Counted from the stretch's first letter, positions 20,177 to 30,627 are shown. The stretch: DNA of 41,599 nt from an uncultured bacterium (GCA_964619725.1 CAZUFC010000071.1:1-41599), one strand, 5' to 3'. The notes: generated by a model not told the origin, from the sequence alone. Numbers and translations are program-made.

Positions 20177-23100
20177 ATGCGGGAACCTGAAATGAAATGC
20201 CTACTAAAAAATAAAAAAAGCATAAGAGGCAGTCGATCAAGACCGATCCGGTTTGTTCCGACGATTAGTCTGTTTTTGATCTTTCAATGCCTTGTCCAGG
20301 CGCAAACTCCGACGGTGACGACAACGCCGGCATATACTCCAACCGTGACGCCTGTGCCCGTGTATCAGTGGACGGGAACGTGCGACGTCGATGTGACGAC
20401 TGGCGACGGGAACAATACCATCCGGGTAACCGGCGCATACGATACAAACGGCATGCTGTGCCCGTCGGATACCCGGTTTCAGTTCATCATACAGACGGCG
20501 GGATCGGCGGCCATGCTGTTGAATGCGACGGCTGGATGGGGTCAGCTCGAGTTGTCGTGGACGCCGGACGATATGGAAGACCTGCTGGCTTATATCTTGT
20601 ACCGAAGCATCGGCGATAATGAAAATTATGAACTATTGACGGTCGTGGACAAGGACACGAACTCTTACGTCGATTCCGATGTCGATAATGGGACTGTTTA
20701 CTATTATTATTACACCATCCAGGATACTGATTTCGGGGAGACTCAGGCGTCGAATGAAGCATCGGCTGTACCGGGCGATTTTACGCCTCCGACCATCCCT
20801 GTGGTGATAGACGACGGGGATGATACGGACGAAGATGATATGTTGCATGCTTCCTGGAGTTCGTCCGATCCGGAAACGGAAATTGTGGAATATAAGTATG
20901 CTGTCGGGACGACTCCCGGCGGAACCGATGCCCGGGACTGGACTTCGACGGGAACTGATGCCGAAGCGACTGCTGCAGGATTGAACCTGGTTCGCGGACA
21001 GGTCTATTATTTTTCGGTCAAGGCGAAAAACGGGTGGAACTTATGGAGCGATGAGGGATACAGCGACGGTATATTCATAAATTACGACACGATAGCGCCC
21101 GGCGATGTTACAGGTTTAACGGCTGATCCGGACGACGGACAAATACTATTGAGCTGGACGAATCCTGCGGACGATGACTTCGTCGGCGTTCTTATCAGGC
21201 GTCGCGACGATGATTATCCTGCCGGTCCTGAAGACGGCGATTTTGTTTACGACGGTCCTGCAGAAACTTTTACGGATTTCGATTTAAACAATGGAACGAC
21301 TTATTATTACAAGGCGTTCGCTCATGATGCCGAACCCAATTACGCCGAGGGCGTCCAGATAAGCGTTGCGCCGGTTGACGGACCGGGACCGGCGAATGTT
21401 ATAAACTTCACATGCGTCTCGGGAGACGGGCAGGCGGACCTGAGCTGGACGAATCCATCGGACCCCGGTTTCTCAGGCGTAAAGATACTCCGCAGCACGG
21501 AAGATTATCCGTCAGGTCCGAACGATGGAACCGGGGTCTATGACGGGAACGGAACATCGCATTCGGACCAGGGATTAATCAACGGCCTGACCTATTATTA
21601 TACGGCCTTCTCGTATGATTCTACGCCGGAGTATTCCTCGGGCGTTCATGCATTGGGAACGCCGACGGATATGACGCCGCCGGGCGATGTCGCGGGTTTT
21701 ACGGCCATGATGGATGATGAAGCGATTCAGCTCGACTGGACCAATCCGGGGGACCCAGATTTCGCCGGCGTCTTGATCCTGCGAAAGACCGATGATTATC
21801 CGGCTGATCCTTCTGACGGGGATGAAGTATACAACAGTCCGGGGAACTCATTTACGGATGCCGGGTTAACCAACGGTCAAACGTATTATTACGCTGCGTT
21901 CGCTTACGACGGGATACCCAATTATTCAACGGGCAGCCAGGCATCGGCGGTTCCTGAAGACGTCGAACCGCCGGATGATGTTAGCGGCCTGACGGCTCAA
22001 CCCGGTTACGAACAGATGACGTTACGGTGGCAGAATCCCGTCGATTCAGACCTTGAAGGGATAAAGGTCCTTCGCAAACCGGACGATTTCCCGACAAGTC
22101 CTTTCGACGGAACTGAGGTTTATAACGGTCTGGACGAAGAGATGACCGATACAGGTCTGACTTACGGCGAACCCTATTATTATGCCGTGTTCAGCTATGA
22201 TGAAGTTCCGAACTGGTCGCCGGGGGCGTTCGTTTCCGCTACAACTGCAGCGATAACGCGATGGACGGGAACTTATGATGTCGATGTTTCGACCGGCGAC
22301 GGGATCAACACGATCCGGGTGAGCGGAGCGAAGGATTTCAACGGTATGGAGTCTCCCACTGATGCCAGGTTCCAGTTCATTATTCAGACGTCGGGTTCGC
22401 AGGCTATGCTGCTCAATGCGACGGCAGGCTGGAGCCAAGTTGAGCTGTCCTGGACGGAATGCGATCTTGAGAACCTGTTGGCTTATATTCTATACCGCAG
22501 CGTGGGCGACAATGAGAATTACGAGCAGTTGACCGTAATGAGCAAGGATTCGACGAGTTTCCTGGAAGAAGATGTAGAAAACGGGACCGTATATTATTAC
22601 TATTATTCGATCATGGATACAGGATTCAATGAAACGCACAGTTCCAACGAGGCATCGGCAGTGCCCGGCGATTTTACGCCGCCGACCGTTCCGCTGATTA
22701 CGGACGACGGCGACGCGACGGACCGCGCGTCGGAACTGCATGCGAGCTGGAGTTCCGGGGACCCGGAAACAGGCGTAGTCGAATATATTTATGCCATAGG
22801 TGATTCTCCAGGCGGGATAGAGGTTGTCAGTTGGACATCTGTGGGAACGGACGCTGAAGTCACGAAAACAGGATTGAACCTGACGAGAGGAGAAACTTAT
22901 TATTTCAGCGTCAAGGCGAAAAACGGCTGGGACCTTTGGAGCGACGAGGGATACAGTGACGGTATATTTGTGAATTACGACATCGCGCCGCCGGATGATG
23001 TTTCCGGTTTGACTGCGGAACCGGACGATATGCAGATACTGTTAAGCTGGACCAATCCGGGGGATGAGGATTTTGCCGGCGTCAAAATTCAAAGAAGTAC

Positions 23101-25624
23101 GGACGTTTATCCTTCTGAACACGACGATGGTTTCACGGTTTATGACGGCGACGGCGTATCATGTTTCGACGTCGATCTGACCAATGGAATAACCTGTTAT
23201 TATACTGCTTTCGCTTACGACGGCGTACCAAACTATTCGAGCGGCGTTCAGGCGGAGGCAGCGCCTGCGAACGCAGCGGGACCGAGTAATGTCGTGGGCT
23301 TTGCTGCGGTCGCCGGCGATGAAGAAGTTCACTTGAGCTGGACTGCGCCGGCAGACCCGGCATACGCAGGCATAAAAATACAGAGAAGCGCGGACGATTA
23401 TCCAGCGAGTCCTGAGGAGGGGACCACGGTCTACGAAGGAGCGGATACCGGATATACGGACGCAGGATTGACTAACGGCATCCTGTATTATTACGCTGCA
23501 TTCTCCTATGATGCAACGCCTGAATATTCATCGGGAGTCAATGCTTCAGCGCAGCCTGCGGATATGACGCCGCCCGGCGAGGTTTCCGATTTTACTGCTA
23601 CTCCAGGGGATGAACAGAACGAGTTGAGCTGGACGAATCCGGGGAGTCCTGACTTCGCCGGCGTCAGGATAATGAGGAAAACTACGGATTATCCGGCAGG
23701 ACCGTTTGACGGGACCATGGTCTATGAAGGGATGGAAAACGGCTGCACTGATCAGGGACTCATCAACGGCGAAACCTGTTATTACACGGCATTCACTTTT
23801 GACGGGATACCCAATTATTCAGCGGGCAGCCAGGCTTCGGCAACCCCCGCCGATGTTGAAGCGCCGGCGGACGTGTCGAATGTGCAGTCGAATCCGGGAT
23901 ATGAGCAGATCACATTGAAATGGACAAATCCTGAAGATGCTGATTTAGCCGGTATTAAAATAATCAGAAGAGACGACGATTCTCCCGCGCATCACGAAGA
24001 CGGCGATGAAGTTTACGACGGGTTGGATGAAAAGTTCACCGATACAGGTCTCACTTATGGAGAAGATTATTACTATGCGATTTTTACTTATGACGTAGTC
24101 CCCAACTATTCTTCGGGCGTGCAATCCATGACGACCACCGCAGCTATAACAAGATGGATAGGTTCCTATGATGTTAATGTCGCCACGGGAGACGGCATCA
24201 ACACCATACGGGTCGCCGGCGCTTATGATTTCAACGGTATGGAAGCGCCGACCGATACCCGTTTCGATTTCGTCATTCAGACGGCAGGCTCCGCCGCCAT
24301 GCTGCTCAACGCAGCCGCCGGCTGGAGCCAGGTCGAATTATCCTGGCCGGAAACCGATCTGGAAACGCTTTTGTCATACAATATATATCGAAGCATTGGG
24401 GATAATCAAAACTACGAGTTGTTGACCGTGGTAGGAAAGGATACGACCGAATACGCCGATTCAGAATTGGAAAACGGGACCGCCTATTATTACTACTATT
24501 CCATAATGGATACGGATTTTAATGAGACTCAAGGTTCCAATGAAGCTTCCGCCGTTCCTGACGACTTTACAACGCCCACGGTTCCGCTGGTAACCGACGA
24601 TGGAGATACGACAGATGTATGGACGGAGTTGCACGCAGTCTGGAGCGCAGAAGACCCGGAATCGGGAATAAGCGAATACCAGTATGCGATAGGATTGAGC
24701 CAGAGCGGTAATGAAATAGTCGATTGGACCTCGACGGGCATGATGACGGAAGTTACTCACAGCGGATTAAATCTTAATCCTGGAGAAACCTATTATTTCA
24801 GCGTTAAAGCGAAAAACGGCCGGGGGCTCTGGAGCGACGAAGGATACAGCGACGGCATTACCGCCGTTTATGATACGAAGCCGCCGGGGAACGTGGAGGA
24901 TTTTACGGCCATACCCGGGGATGGGACCGTAAGCTTAAGCTGGACGAATCCCGGAGACGCTGATTTCGCCGGCGTGGCGATATTAAGCAAAACCGACGAA
25001 TTCCCCGCAGACCATACTGACGGCGAAACGGTATACGACGGTTCAGGAGATTCAACGGTTCATCAGGGCTTAACAAACGGTCTAACCTATTACTACGCAG
25101 TATTCTCGTATGACGAAATACCGAATTATTCATCAGGCTCGTTCATCACTGCCGTTCCCCTGGCGCCGACATCAACGCCTACTGATACGCCAAGCCTTAC
25201 GCCGACTTATACACAAACCCCGACAAAGACTCCAACGACGACTCCAACCCTATCGCCGACTCGCAGCCCCACTGGAACTCCGACTGATATACCGATAAAA
25301 ACTCCTACCCTATTGCCGACAGAAACCCCAACCGACACGCCGACTAATACTGGTACAACAACACCGACAAGATCACCCACAAGAAGCCCGACTCAAACGC
25401 CGACTCCGACAATTACTTATACGTCGCCCTTCACTCCGACAAACACCAAAACCATAACACCGACCAATTTGCCGACAGCCCTTTTTACCGGGACTCCCAT
25501 CTGTAGCCCAACACCAACACCCACATCAGGTATGCAAACCATTCCCTCGGTTCATCCGGTTGGTTTGGCGCTCCTGGTTATTTCCGTCAGTCTGATGATT
25601 TATGCGTTGAGAGAGAATAAATGA
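20177..25624 (+). CDS. Acidic cell-anchored multi-FN3 protein: three 631-aa-period repeats (third incomplete), about 15 FN3-like domains, Pro/Thr stalk, IPTL-CTERM-like anchor
   Basis: Likely start is ATG 20177 or 20192. Signal peptide ends in LVQA/QT. Repeated LSWTNP.D.DF.GV.I.R...D.GL.NG..YYY motifs. C-terminus is IPSVHPVGLALLVISVSLMIYALRENK. Confidence 0.88.
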   Translation: MREPEMKCLLKNKKSIRGSRSRPIRFVPTISLFLIFQCLVQAQTPTVTTTPAYTPTVTPVPVYQWTGTCDVDVTTGDGNNTIRVTGAYDTNGMLCPSDTRFQFIIQTAGSAAMLLNATAGWGQLELSWTPDDMEDLLAYILYRSIGDNENYELLTVVDKDTNSYVDSDVDNGTVYYYYYTIQDTDFGETQASNEASAVPGDFTPPTIPVVIDDGDDTDEDDMLHASWSSSDPETEIVEYKYAVGTTPGGTDARDWTSTGTDAEATAAGLNLVRGQVYYFSVKAKNGWNLWSDEGYSDGIFINYDTIAPGDVTGLTADPDDGQILLSWTNPADDDFVGVLIRRRDDDYPAGPEDGDFVYDGPAETFTDFDLNNGTTYYYKAFAHDAEPNYAEGVQISVAPVDGPGPANVINFTCVSGDGQADLSWTNPSDPGFSGVKILRSTEDYPSGPNDGTGVYDGNGTSHSDQGLINGLTYYYTAFSYDSTPEYSSGVHALGTPTDMTPPGDVAGFTAMMDDEAIQLDWTNPGDPDFAGVLILRKTDDYPADPSDGDEVYNSPGNSFTDAGLTNGQTYYYAAFAYDGIPNYSTGSQASAVPEDVEPPDDVSGLTAQPGYEQMTLRWQNPVDSDLEGIKVLRKPDDFPTSPFDGTEVYNGLDEEMTDTGLTYGEPYYYAVFSYDEVPNWSPGAFVSATTAAITRWTGTYDVDVSTGDGINTIRVSGAKDFNGMESPTDARFQFIIQTSGSQAMLLNATAGWSQVELSWTECDLENLLAYILYRSVGDNENYEQLTVMSKDSTSFLEEDVENGTVYYYYYSIMDTGFNETHSSNEASAVPGDFTPPTVPLITDDGDATDRASELHASWSSGDPETGVVEYIYAIGDSPGGIEVVSWTSVGTDAEVTKTGLNLTRGETYYFSVKAKNGWDLWSDEGYSDGIFVNYDIAPPDDVSGLTAEPDDMQILLSWTNPGDEDFAGVKIQRSTDVYPSEHDDGFTVYDGDGVSCFDVDLTNGITCYYTAFAYDGVPNYSSGVQAEAAPANAAGPSNVVGFAAVAGDEEVHLSWTAPADPAYAGIKIQRSADDYPASPEEGTTVYEGADTGYTDAGLTNGILYYYAAFSYDATPEYSSGVNASAQPADMTPPGEVSDFTATPGDEQNELSWTNPGSPDFAGVRIMRKTTDYPAGPFDGTMVYEGMENGCTDQGLINGETCYYTAFTFDGIPNYSAGSQASATPADVEAPADVSNVQSNPGYEQITLKWTNPEDADLAGIKIIRRDDDSPAHHEDGDEVYDGLDEKFTDTGLTYGEDYYYAIFTYDVVPNYSSGVQSMTTTAAITRWIGSYDVNVATGDGINTIRVAGAYDFNGMEAPTDTRFDFVIQTAGSAAMLLNAAAGWSQVELSWPETDLETLLSYNIYRSIGDNQNYELLTVVGKDTTEYADSELENGTAYYYYYSIMDTDFNETQGSNEASAVPDDFTTPTVPLVTDDGDTTDVWTELHAVWSAEDPESGISEYQYAIGLSQSGNEIVDWTSTGMMTEVTHSGLNLNPGETYYFSVKAKNGRGLWSDEGYSDGITAVYDTKPPGNVEDFTAIPGDGTVSLSWTNPGDADFAGVAILSKTDEFPADHTDGETVYDGSGDSTVHQGLTNGLTYYYAVFSYDEIPNYSSGSFITAVPLAPTSTPTDTPSLTPTYTQTPTKTPTTTPTLSPTRSPTGTPTDIPIKTPTLLPTETPTDTPTNTGTTTPTRSPTRSPTQTPTPTITYTSPFTPTNTKTITPTNLPTALFTGTPICSPTPTPTSGMQTIPSVHPVGLALLVISVSLMIYALRENK

Positions 25625-25991
25625 CGGCGACTATCCGCTTCGCTAGACCCAATTATTCTCCCCGATGACGGGATCGGTTAAAGATTTTTTTACTCGATTG
25701 TAGTTTTTTCGTCAAACATTTCACAATTTTTTGTCGGTCAATGTCAGGATGTGTGAAATTTGGGATTGATCAAACCCTCTTTTGCAGTTGACGCTGTTCA
25801 TTTTTCCTGTTACTTTCATCTTCTTCGAGAGCTTCCAATCCAACTTAATAAGCGAACAAGGAAGAGCACAGGACCTGAAGCAACTCCGGATCGGAGACTG
25901 GTGAGATTATGGGCGAAGTCTGGATTGAAGACTCTGCAGTATGGGCGAAGGCAAAGGAAGAGGCAACAATTTAACAGGAGGAATGAGGGAA

Positions 25992-26489
25992 ATGAAAGGG
26001 TATCTTTGGAAAGCATTACTCATTTTAACGGCGGCGCTTCAAGCGCATGCGGCGTACGGCGCCGTCCCGCATCACATTAATTATCAGGGTTATCTGACGA
26101 ACAATGAAGGCGAACCTTATAACGGCGTTCGTAATTTCGTTTTCGGAATTTACAGTTCCTTGACGGGCGGGACTCCTGTCTGGACGGAAATGCACAACGA
26201 CGTACCTGTGACGGGAGGATTATTCAACGTTATACTGGGATCGAACTCGCCGCTGGATTTGAATTTTTCTCAGACGTTTTATTTGGGAATAGCCGTTCAG
26301 GGAGAGATTTTAAGTCCGAGGCAGCAGTTGACCAGTGTGGGACAGGCTTACAATGCCGGGGATGTTTATAATGAGAGCATCAATCCAGCCGGCATATCCA
26401 TTGTTTCTTACGGTCCTGTGATCAATAGTTCGGGAGAATGGGTGGGTCCGTCTGCCGGGATGCCGCTGCGGATGAGGCGAATCCGGTAG
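25992..26489 (+). CDS. Signal peptide plus fibre N-terminal (INYQG) domain; reading frame breaks right after the domain
   Basis: Aligns with the N-termini of 31161, 34410 and 40797(-) up to INSSGEWVG, then runs into MPLRMRRIR and a stop. Confidence 0.75.
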   Translation: MKGYLWKALLILTAALQAHAAYGAVPHHINYQGYLTNNEGEPYNGVRNFVFGIYSSLTGGTPVWTEMHNDVPVTGGLFNVILGSNSPLDLNFSQTFYLGIAVQGEILSPRQQLTSVGQAYNAGDVYNESINPAGISIVSYGPVINSSGEWVGPSAGMPLRMRRIR

Positions 26490-27919
26490 AGATATCCGAT
26501 CGGGTTACCCCTGCAGAAGATTCCCTGCTTTACAGCGTCGATGAGGAAGATCGAGTTTATACCAGGCTGGAAAACACCAGGTTGAAAATCGTCTCATTCT
26601 TTCACAGAAGACGAATCGGCGATGCTCTCGTCGAGAAAGACTTCATCAGGTACCAGTTTAATACGGAAACAGGCGAGTTGATCGAGCATACCAGGCAATG
26701 GAGGGAAGACCTGCCGGATGAAGCGTTTCCCCTGATTACCAGCGAAGAGGCGGCTGAAGCGGGTGAAGGAGACGTGACGTCAATTCAACTGATGATTATA
26801 TCCCCTGAATCGGATATTTTTCCGATTAAACCGACTCCGCTGGGCCCCTGCTGGATAGTAAGAAGCGATTTCAATGGAAGACAGATCGTCACCGTGATCG
26901 ATTCTACAACAGGCGAAAAACTAGGTTACGGGATTCCCCCGCCGTATTTCGGTCTTTCTATACATGGACCCGATTTTGAACCGAATTGCGATGACGACAA
27001 TCCTTTATGGACCAACCACGCTGCAAACGCGCAAACCTGGTTCGAGAATATGGGTTATACTACCCAGAAAATCGGCAGCGCTACAGCCGGTCAGATTTCA
27101 GGTCATATCCAGTCTGATACGACAGTGATGTTTTATGAGCTGGATCACGGAGGTTCCACTTCATTTATGAATCGTTGCGATGATCACACGACCGCAGGCG
27201 AGGTGGAGACCTGGATCAGCAGTTACGCCAGCATGGGATTCGCCTTCATAGGAAGTTGCGAAGGATTATGTGATGTCGGCGACGATACGTTCGCTTATGA
27301 ATTCCGGAAAGGCTCGGCTGTCGACTCGGTAGTTATAGGATACTGCCATATGGCGGATGATGCGCTGTGTGAAAACGACTGCTGGATAGACGCTATTCCA
27401 TGGCAATCCGAATTGTTCCGTTGGATGGATGACGGTTATAGAGTCGGGTATGCTTACGAAAGAGCGAACCTTTACGTTCCGGGTTGCGCTGATGACGGAC
27501 ATAACTGCATGCGTATTGAGGGAGATGAAAATCTTGTATTCGGAGGCGTTACATACCCGAAAGTCGAAAGAAGCTACTGCGGCGCGATCCATGATATATT
27601 CATACCCCCGTTCGATTACTATTCCCCCTTCCACCCCGTGATGAACCGAATCTACGCCAGAGCATACCATATTCGCTGTGACAGTTATGTCCCCTTGTCG
27701 GAACAATTGACTATTTCTGCGAACAGCAATTATCCACATAATGAGGTTGTTTTTCTTAACGATTCAAAATTAATCGCTCACGGAAACCTGGAAGTGGATA
27801 CGGCAGGCGGGATAGAAATATTGCTTGTCTCTGCATCGGATCGAGATAAAGGCATCAGCCTTAAAGCTTCCGGCGAAATGCGGGCCTGTAACGGAAGAGG
27901 GCTGAAAATATACGAATAA
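26438..27919 (+). CDS. Putative clan CD (caspase/gingipain-fold) cysteine peptidase with a PepSY-like N-terminal region; probably the frameshifted continuation of the upstream ORF
   Basis: His-Cys dyad motifs MFYELDHGG and FAFIGSC. PCWIV...TVIDSTTGEKL is PepSY-like. It has no signal peptide or RBS of its own and overlaps the upstream ORF. Confidence 0.6.
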   Translation: MGGSVCRDAAADEANPVEISDRVTPAEDSLLYSVDEEDRVYTRLENTRLKIVSFFHRRRIGDALVEKDFIRYQFNTETGELIEHTRQWREDLPDEAFPLITSEEAAEAGEGDVTSIQLMIISPESDIFPIKPTPLGPCWIVRSDFNGRQIVTVIDSTTGEKLGYGIPPPYFGLSIHGPDFEPNCDDDNPLWTNHAANAQTWFENMGYTTQKIGSATAGQISGHIQSDTTVMFYELDHGGSTSFMNRCDDHTTAGEVETWISSYASMGFAFIGSCEGLCDVGDDTFAYEFRKGSAVDSVVIGYCHMADDALCENDCWIDAIPWQSELFRWMDDGYRVGYAYERANLYVPGCADDGHNCMRIEGDENLVFGGVTYPKVERSYCGAIHDIFIPPFDYYSPFHPVMNRIYARAYHIRCDSYVPLSEQLTISANSNYPHNEVVFLNDSKLIAHGNLEVDTAGGIEILLVSASDRDKGISLKASGEMRACNGRGLKIYE

Positions 27920-27968
27920 ATAATGCTGGGATATTATTGGTGCGGTGAAGAGAATCTGTTTCTTTGAA

Positions 27969-30233
27969 TCAATCTGCCGATCTCCCGCAAGACGGGCATT
28001 CTTCCGGAAGCAATGAGGGCTTGACCTGTCTCGCTGACTCGATCGCATTCAGGCATGATTCCGTCATGTTTAAATCGCTGTAGAAACGGGCCAGATTCAG
28101 ATAACCCTGCACTTCGCCTGGTTTAACCTCGATAGCCCTGAAAAAGGCTTGTTCAGCAGCCGCAAAATTTTGCTGATCCAGGAACCTCAATGCGTTTTCA
28201 GTGTGTAATGCCCATGCATCCGTTTTCATTTTTTCCAGGAGTTTTCGAATATTTTCCGCTTTTTTCATTTGTCCCGATTTCTGATAAACATTGGAGAGCG
28301 CTTCCCAGGCACGGAAAAAGTCGGGCTTAATGCCGACCGCTTTTTTTAGATTCAGGATTGACTTTTCATAACGCCCTTTCTGCATATAAGCTGATCCGAC
28401 GATAAAATACGGGCCGGGAGGGTTATGACCCCTTTCTTTTGATAATCCTTTTTCAGCGTAAGAAATAGCCGGATCAGGTCTGGAAGTTTTTAAATAAAGA
28501 TCAGCCAGGTAATAGAAATTTTCCGTTCGATAGGAATCGATGCTCAGCGCTTCAAGAAATTTCCTTTCCGCGGAAGCGTAATCGCCGGTGCGGCTGTAAA
28601 GGATTCCCAGGGCTTGTTTGTTATATAGGACGTCGGGATGCTGCTGTTCCTGAAAGGAGAATTCATCGACGGCATTATTTAAGAATTCTTCCGTTAAATC
28701 GTCGAAGTTCTTATTTTCTCTATAAAAGCGACATTCCGCCTCCTTAATGACCTGCGCATGATTCGGAGTGCGCCTCAGAAACAAAAAATAAAAATCTTTA
28801 TAAAAAACCAGGGCCCATTCCTGCTGATTGAAAAGGAAATAATCCCTGTAAGGATTGACTCCCCAGGAATTATCAACGACGGCATATTGCACGCCGTATT
28901 TATCCAGGATACTATGGAATCCCAGACGACTGATTTCCGCACGCAGCTCTTCGTATACCTCCAGTCGCCCGTCAAAAAAAACGGGGGGTCTGGACGGCCA
29001 TTCCCACATGATAATTCCGCCGAAGTAGGAATCATTATAGAGCGGGCCTGAAACCTGATGCTTCTTCAGGAAGGAAGGAACCTCGTAAGCAGGGAAAAGA
29101 TCGGTGTTGATGCCTGTTCCGAATCGGTAGTGTCTCGGATTCTCGCCGTATAGAGAGAAGAAGGCGGTCCACATTAAAAGGAGAACAGAGCCGATAAGCG
29201 CCAGATTTCCCCATTGACCGTCTAAAAAGCGACTGTATTTTTTCAGCGGCCTGGTTTGAAAAAGCCTTTTCAGTTGGAGAGCGGCGATGGCCGGAGTTCC
29301 GACGGCCAGGAATTCCATGTTTCTGAGGTATTTAATGGAGATGAAAGTAAGAAAAGCTGACAGAGCGTAATGAAATAGATCAGCCTTGAATGCGGAGAGA
29401 ATGAGAATAAGCCAGAGAAGTGAAACGTATATCCAGAAAAGCGGAAACATGCTGAAGTCTGCAATTTCTCTCCATTCATGCGGCGTTGCGGCGCCCAAAT
29501 TTTCCGTAACTTTAAACAGGTAGGCCGGAACATGATATCCATTGGGATTAATGAAGGCTGCGCTGATGAGGGCGAGGAAAAGGAGATAAAGAGATTTTTG
29601 TGCTTCGAGCGTCCGTATAAGCGGTTTTTTTGATGAACTTGATAGTCTTTTTTCAATAAAATCAATGAATATGAACAGTCCCGTCAACGCTATTCCAAAG
29701 ACGCAGGCGGCATGGATATTTGCCCAGAAGACCATTATAACCGGTAAAAACCATATTTTTTTCCCTGGTTCTTTTCTGTAAGAGAACAGGATGTAAAAAA
29801 ATAGTGATGAAAAGAGCAGAGAAAATATCTGGGGCCTTTCAAAGAAACGGAATCGAACGACGACAGCGGAGAAGATGCAGAAGAAAACGGTTGAGCGCGG
29901 TCCAGCGCCGAGAATTTTTCCTGATTTGAGGACGATGAGGAAGGCTGATGCGACGATAAGACATTTAAGGATATTGATGCCTGGGTAATCGAATGCGGAA
30001 TGAACCAGGAAAAAAATAACCCCGAAGAGCCATTCATGATTGACCCAGGTATTTCCTCTGGCCGTATAGCTGAATGAGTCATATCGTGATATTGATTTAG
30101 TCTGGAGGATTTCCTGTCCGTTTCTGAGGTGCATGAAGATATCGCATTCATTGGTTTTAAAAAGCGCAAGCGAGAAAACGGCGATAAAAAGCGTTAAACA
30201 GCAGAGAACTGTAATTTTTGTCGTTTTTTTCAA
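27969..30233 (-). CDS. Multi-pass membrane protein resembling GT-C glycosyltransferases, with C-terminal TPR repeats
   Basis: An acidic motif after TM1 (ECDIFMHL..G...WVNHEWL), about 10 hydrophobic segments including ERPQ and FWANIH, and TPR-like repeats (ALGILYSRTGDYASAE, VGSAYMQKGRYEKS, YLNLARFY). Confidence 0.75.
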   Translation of the reverse strand: MKKTTKITVLCCLTLFIAVFSLALFKTNECDIFMHLRNGQEILQTKSISRYDSFSYTARGNTWVNHEWLFGVIFFLVHSAFDYPGINILKCLIVASAFLIVLKSGKILGAGPRSTVFFCIFSAVVVRFRFFERPQIFSLLFSSLFFYILFSYRKEPGKKIWFLPVIMVFWANIHAACVFGIALTGLFIFIDFIEKRLSSSSKKPLIRTLEAQKSLYLLFLALISAAFINPNGYHVPAYLFKVTENLGAATPHEWREIADFSMFPLFWIYVSLLWLILILSAFKADLFHYALSAFLTFISIKYLRNMEFLAVGTPAIAALQLKRLFQTRPLKKYSRFLDGQWGNLALIGSVLLLMWTAFFSLYGENPRHYRFGTGINTDLFPAYEVPSFLKKHQVSGPLYNDSYFGGIIMWEWPSRPPVFFDGRLEVYEELRAEISRLGFHSILDKYGVQYAVVDNSWGVNPYRDYFLFNQQEWALVFYKDFYFLFLRRTPNHAQVIKEAECRFYRENKNFDDLTEEFLNNAVDEFSFQEQQHPDVLYNKQALGILYSRTGDYASAERKFLEALSIDSYRTENFYYLADLYLKTSRPDPAISYAEKGLSKERGHNPPGPYFIVGSAYMQKGRYEKSILNLKKAVGIKPDFFRAWEALSNVYQKSGQMKKAENIRKLLEKMKTDAWALHTENALRFLDQQNFAAAEQAFFRAIEVKPGEVQGYLNLARFYSDLNMTESCLNAIESARQVKPSLLPEECPSCGRSAD

Positions 30234-30627
30234 AAGTCTGTCATCCGGTAGAAAATAAAATGCTATTCGGCAGGCAGGCCGAGGTTGACGTATCTGATTA
30301 TTTTGTCAGCGGCAAATTCGCCTTCTGTAAAAAATCCTTTTAAAACCGCTTTCCAGATGCCGGAATTGTTCATCATGGCTGTCTTTCCCTTTGCTTTAGG
30401 TTCGTTCAGAAATTACGGACTCTCCCTGGAAATTCTATTCGCCTGCCGTTTTCAAGGCAACGATTATTTTTCATTCATGGATTAAACAATTTTTTAACAA
30501 TTATCATTACATATTAAAAAGGAAGCTTTTCTGAATGGATATTTAAGCAAAGCCGCTTCATAGAATTAGAAAAGCAGGGAGGAGGCATTCATGAGAAAAA
30601 TCCGATTATTTTTTAAGAAGGAGGGAG

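Noticed and set aside
20150-20370. Simple frameshift error fusing the subtilase and FN3 genes
   Set aside because: About 200 bp encoding a start, a signal peptide and a Pro/Thr linker separate the two halves, and the C-half recurs alone twice more.
25761-25776. TGGGATTGATCAAACC, matching the family C end
   Set aside because: Isolated end with no element body or partner end visible.
25860-25980. Possible riboswitch in the leader, which contains TATGGGCGAAG twice
   Set aside because: No recognisable riboswitch consensus by eye; an Rfam scan would be needed.
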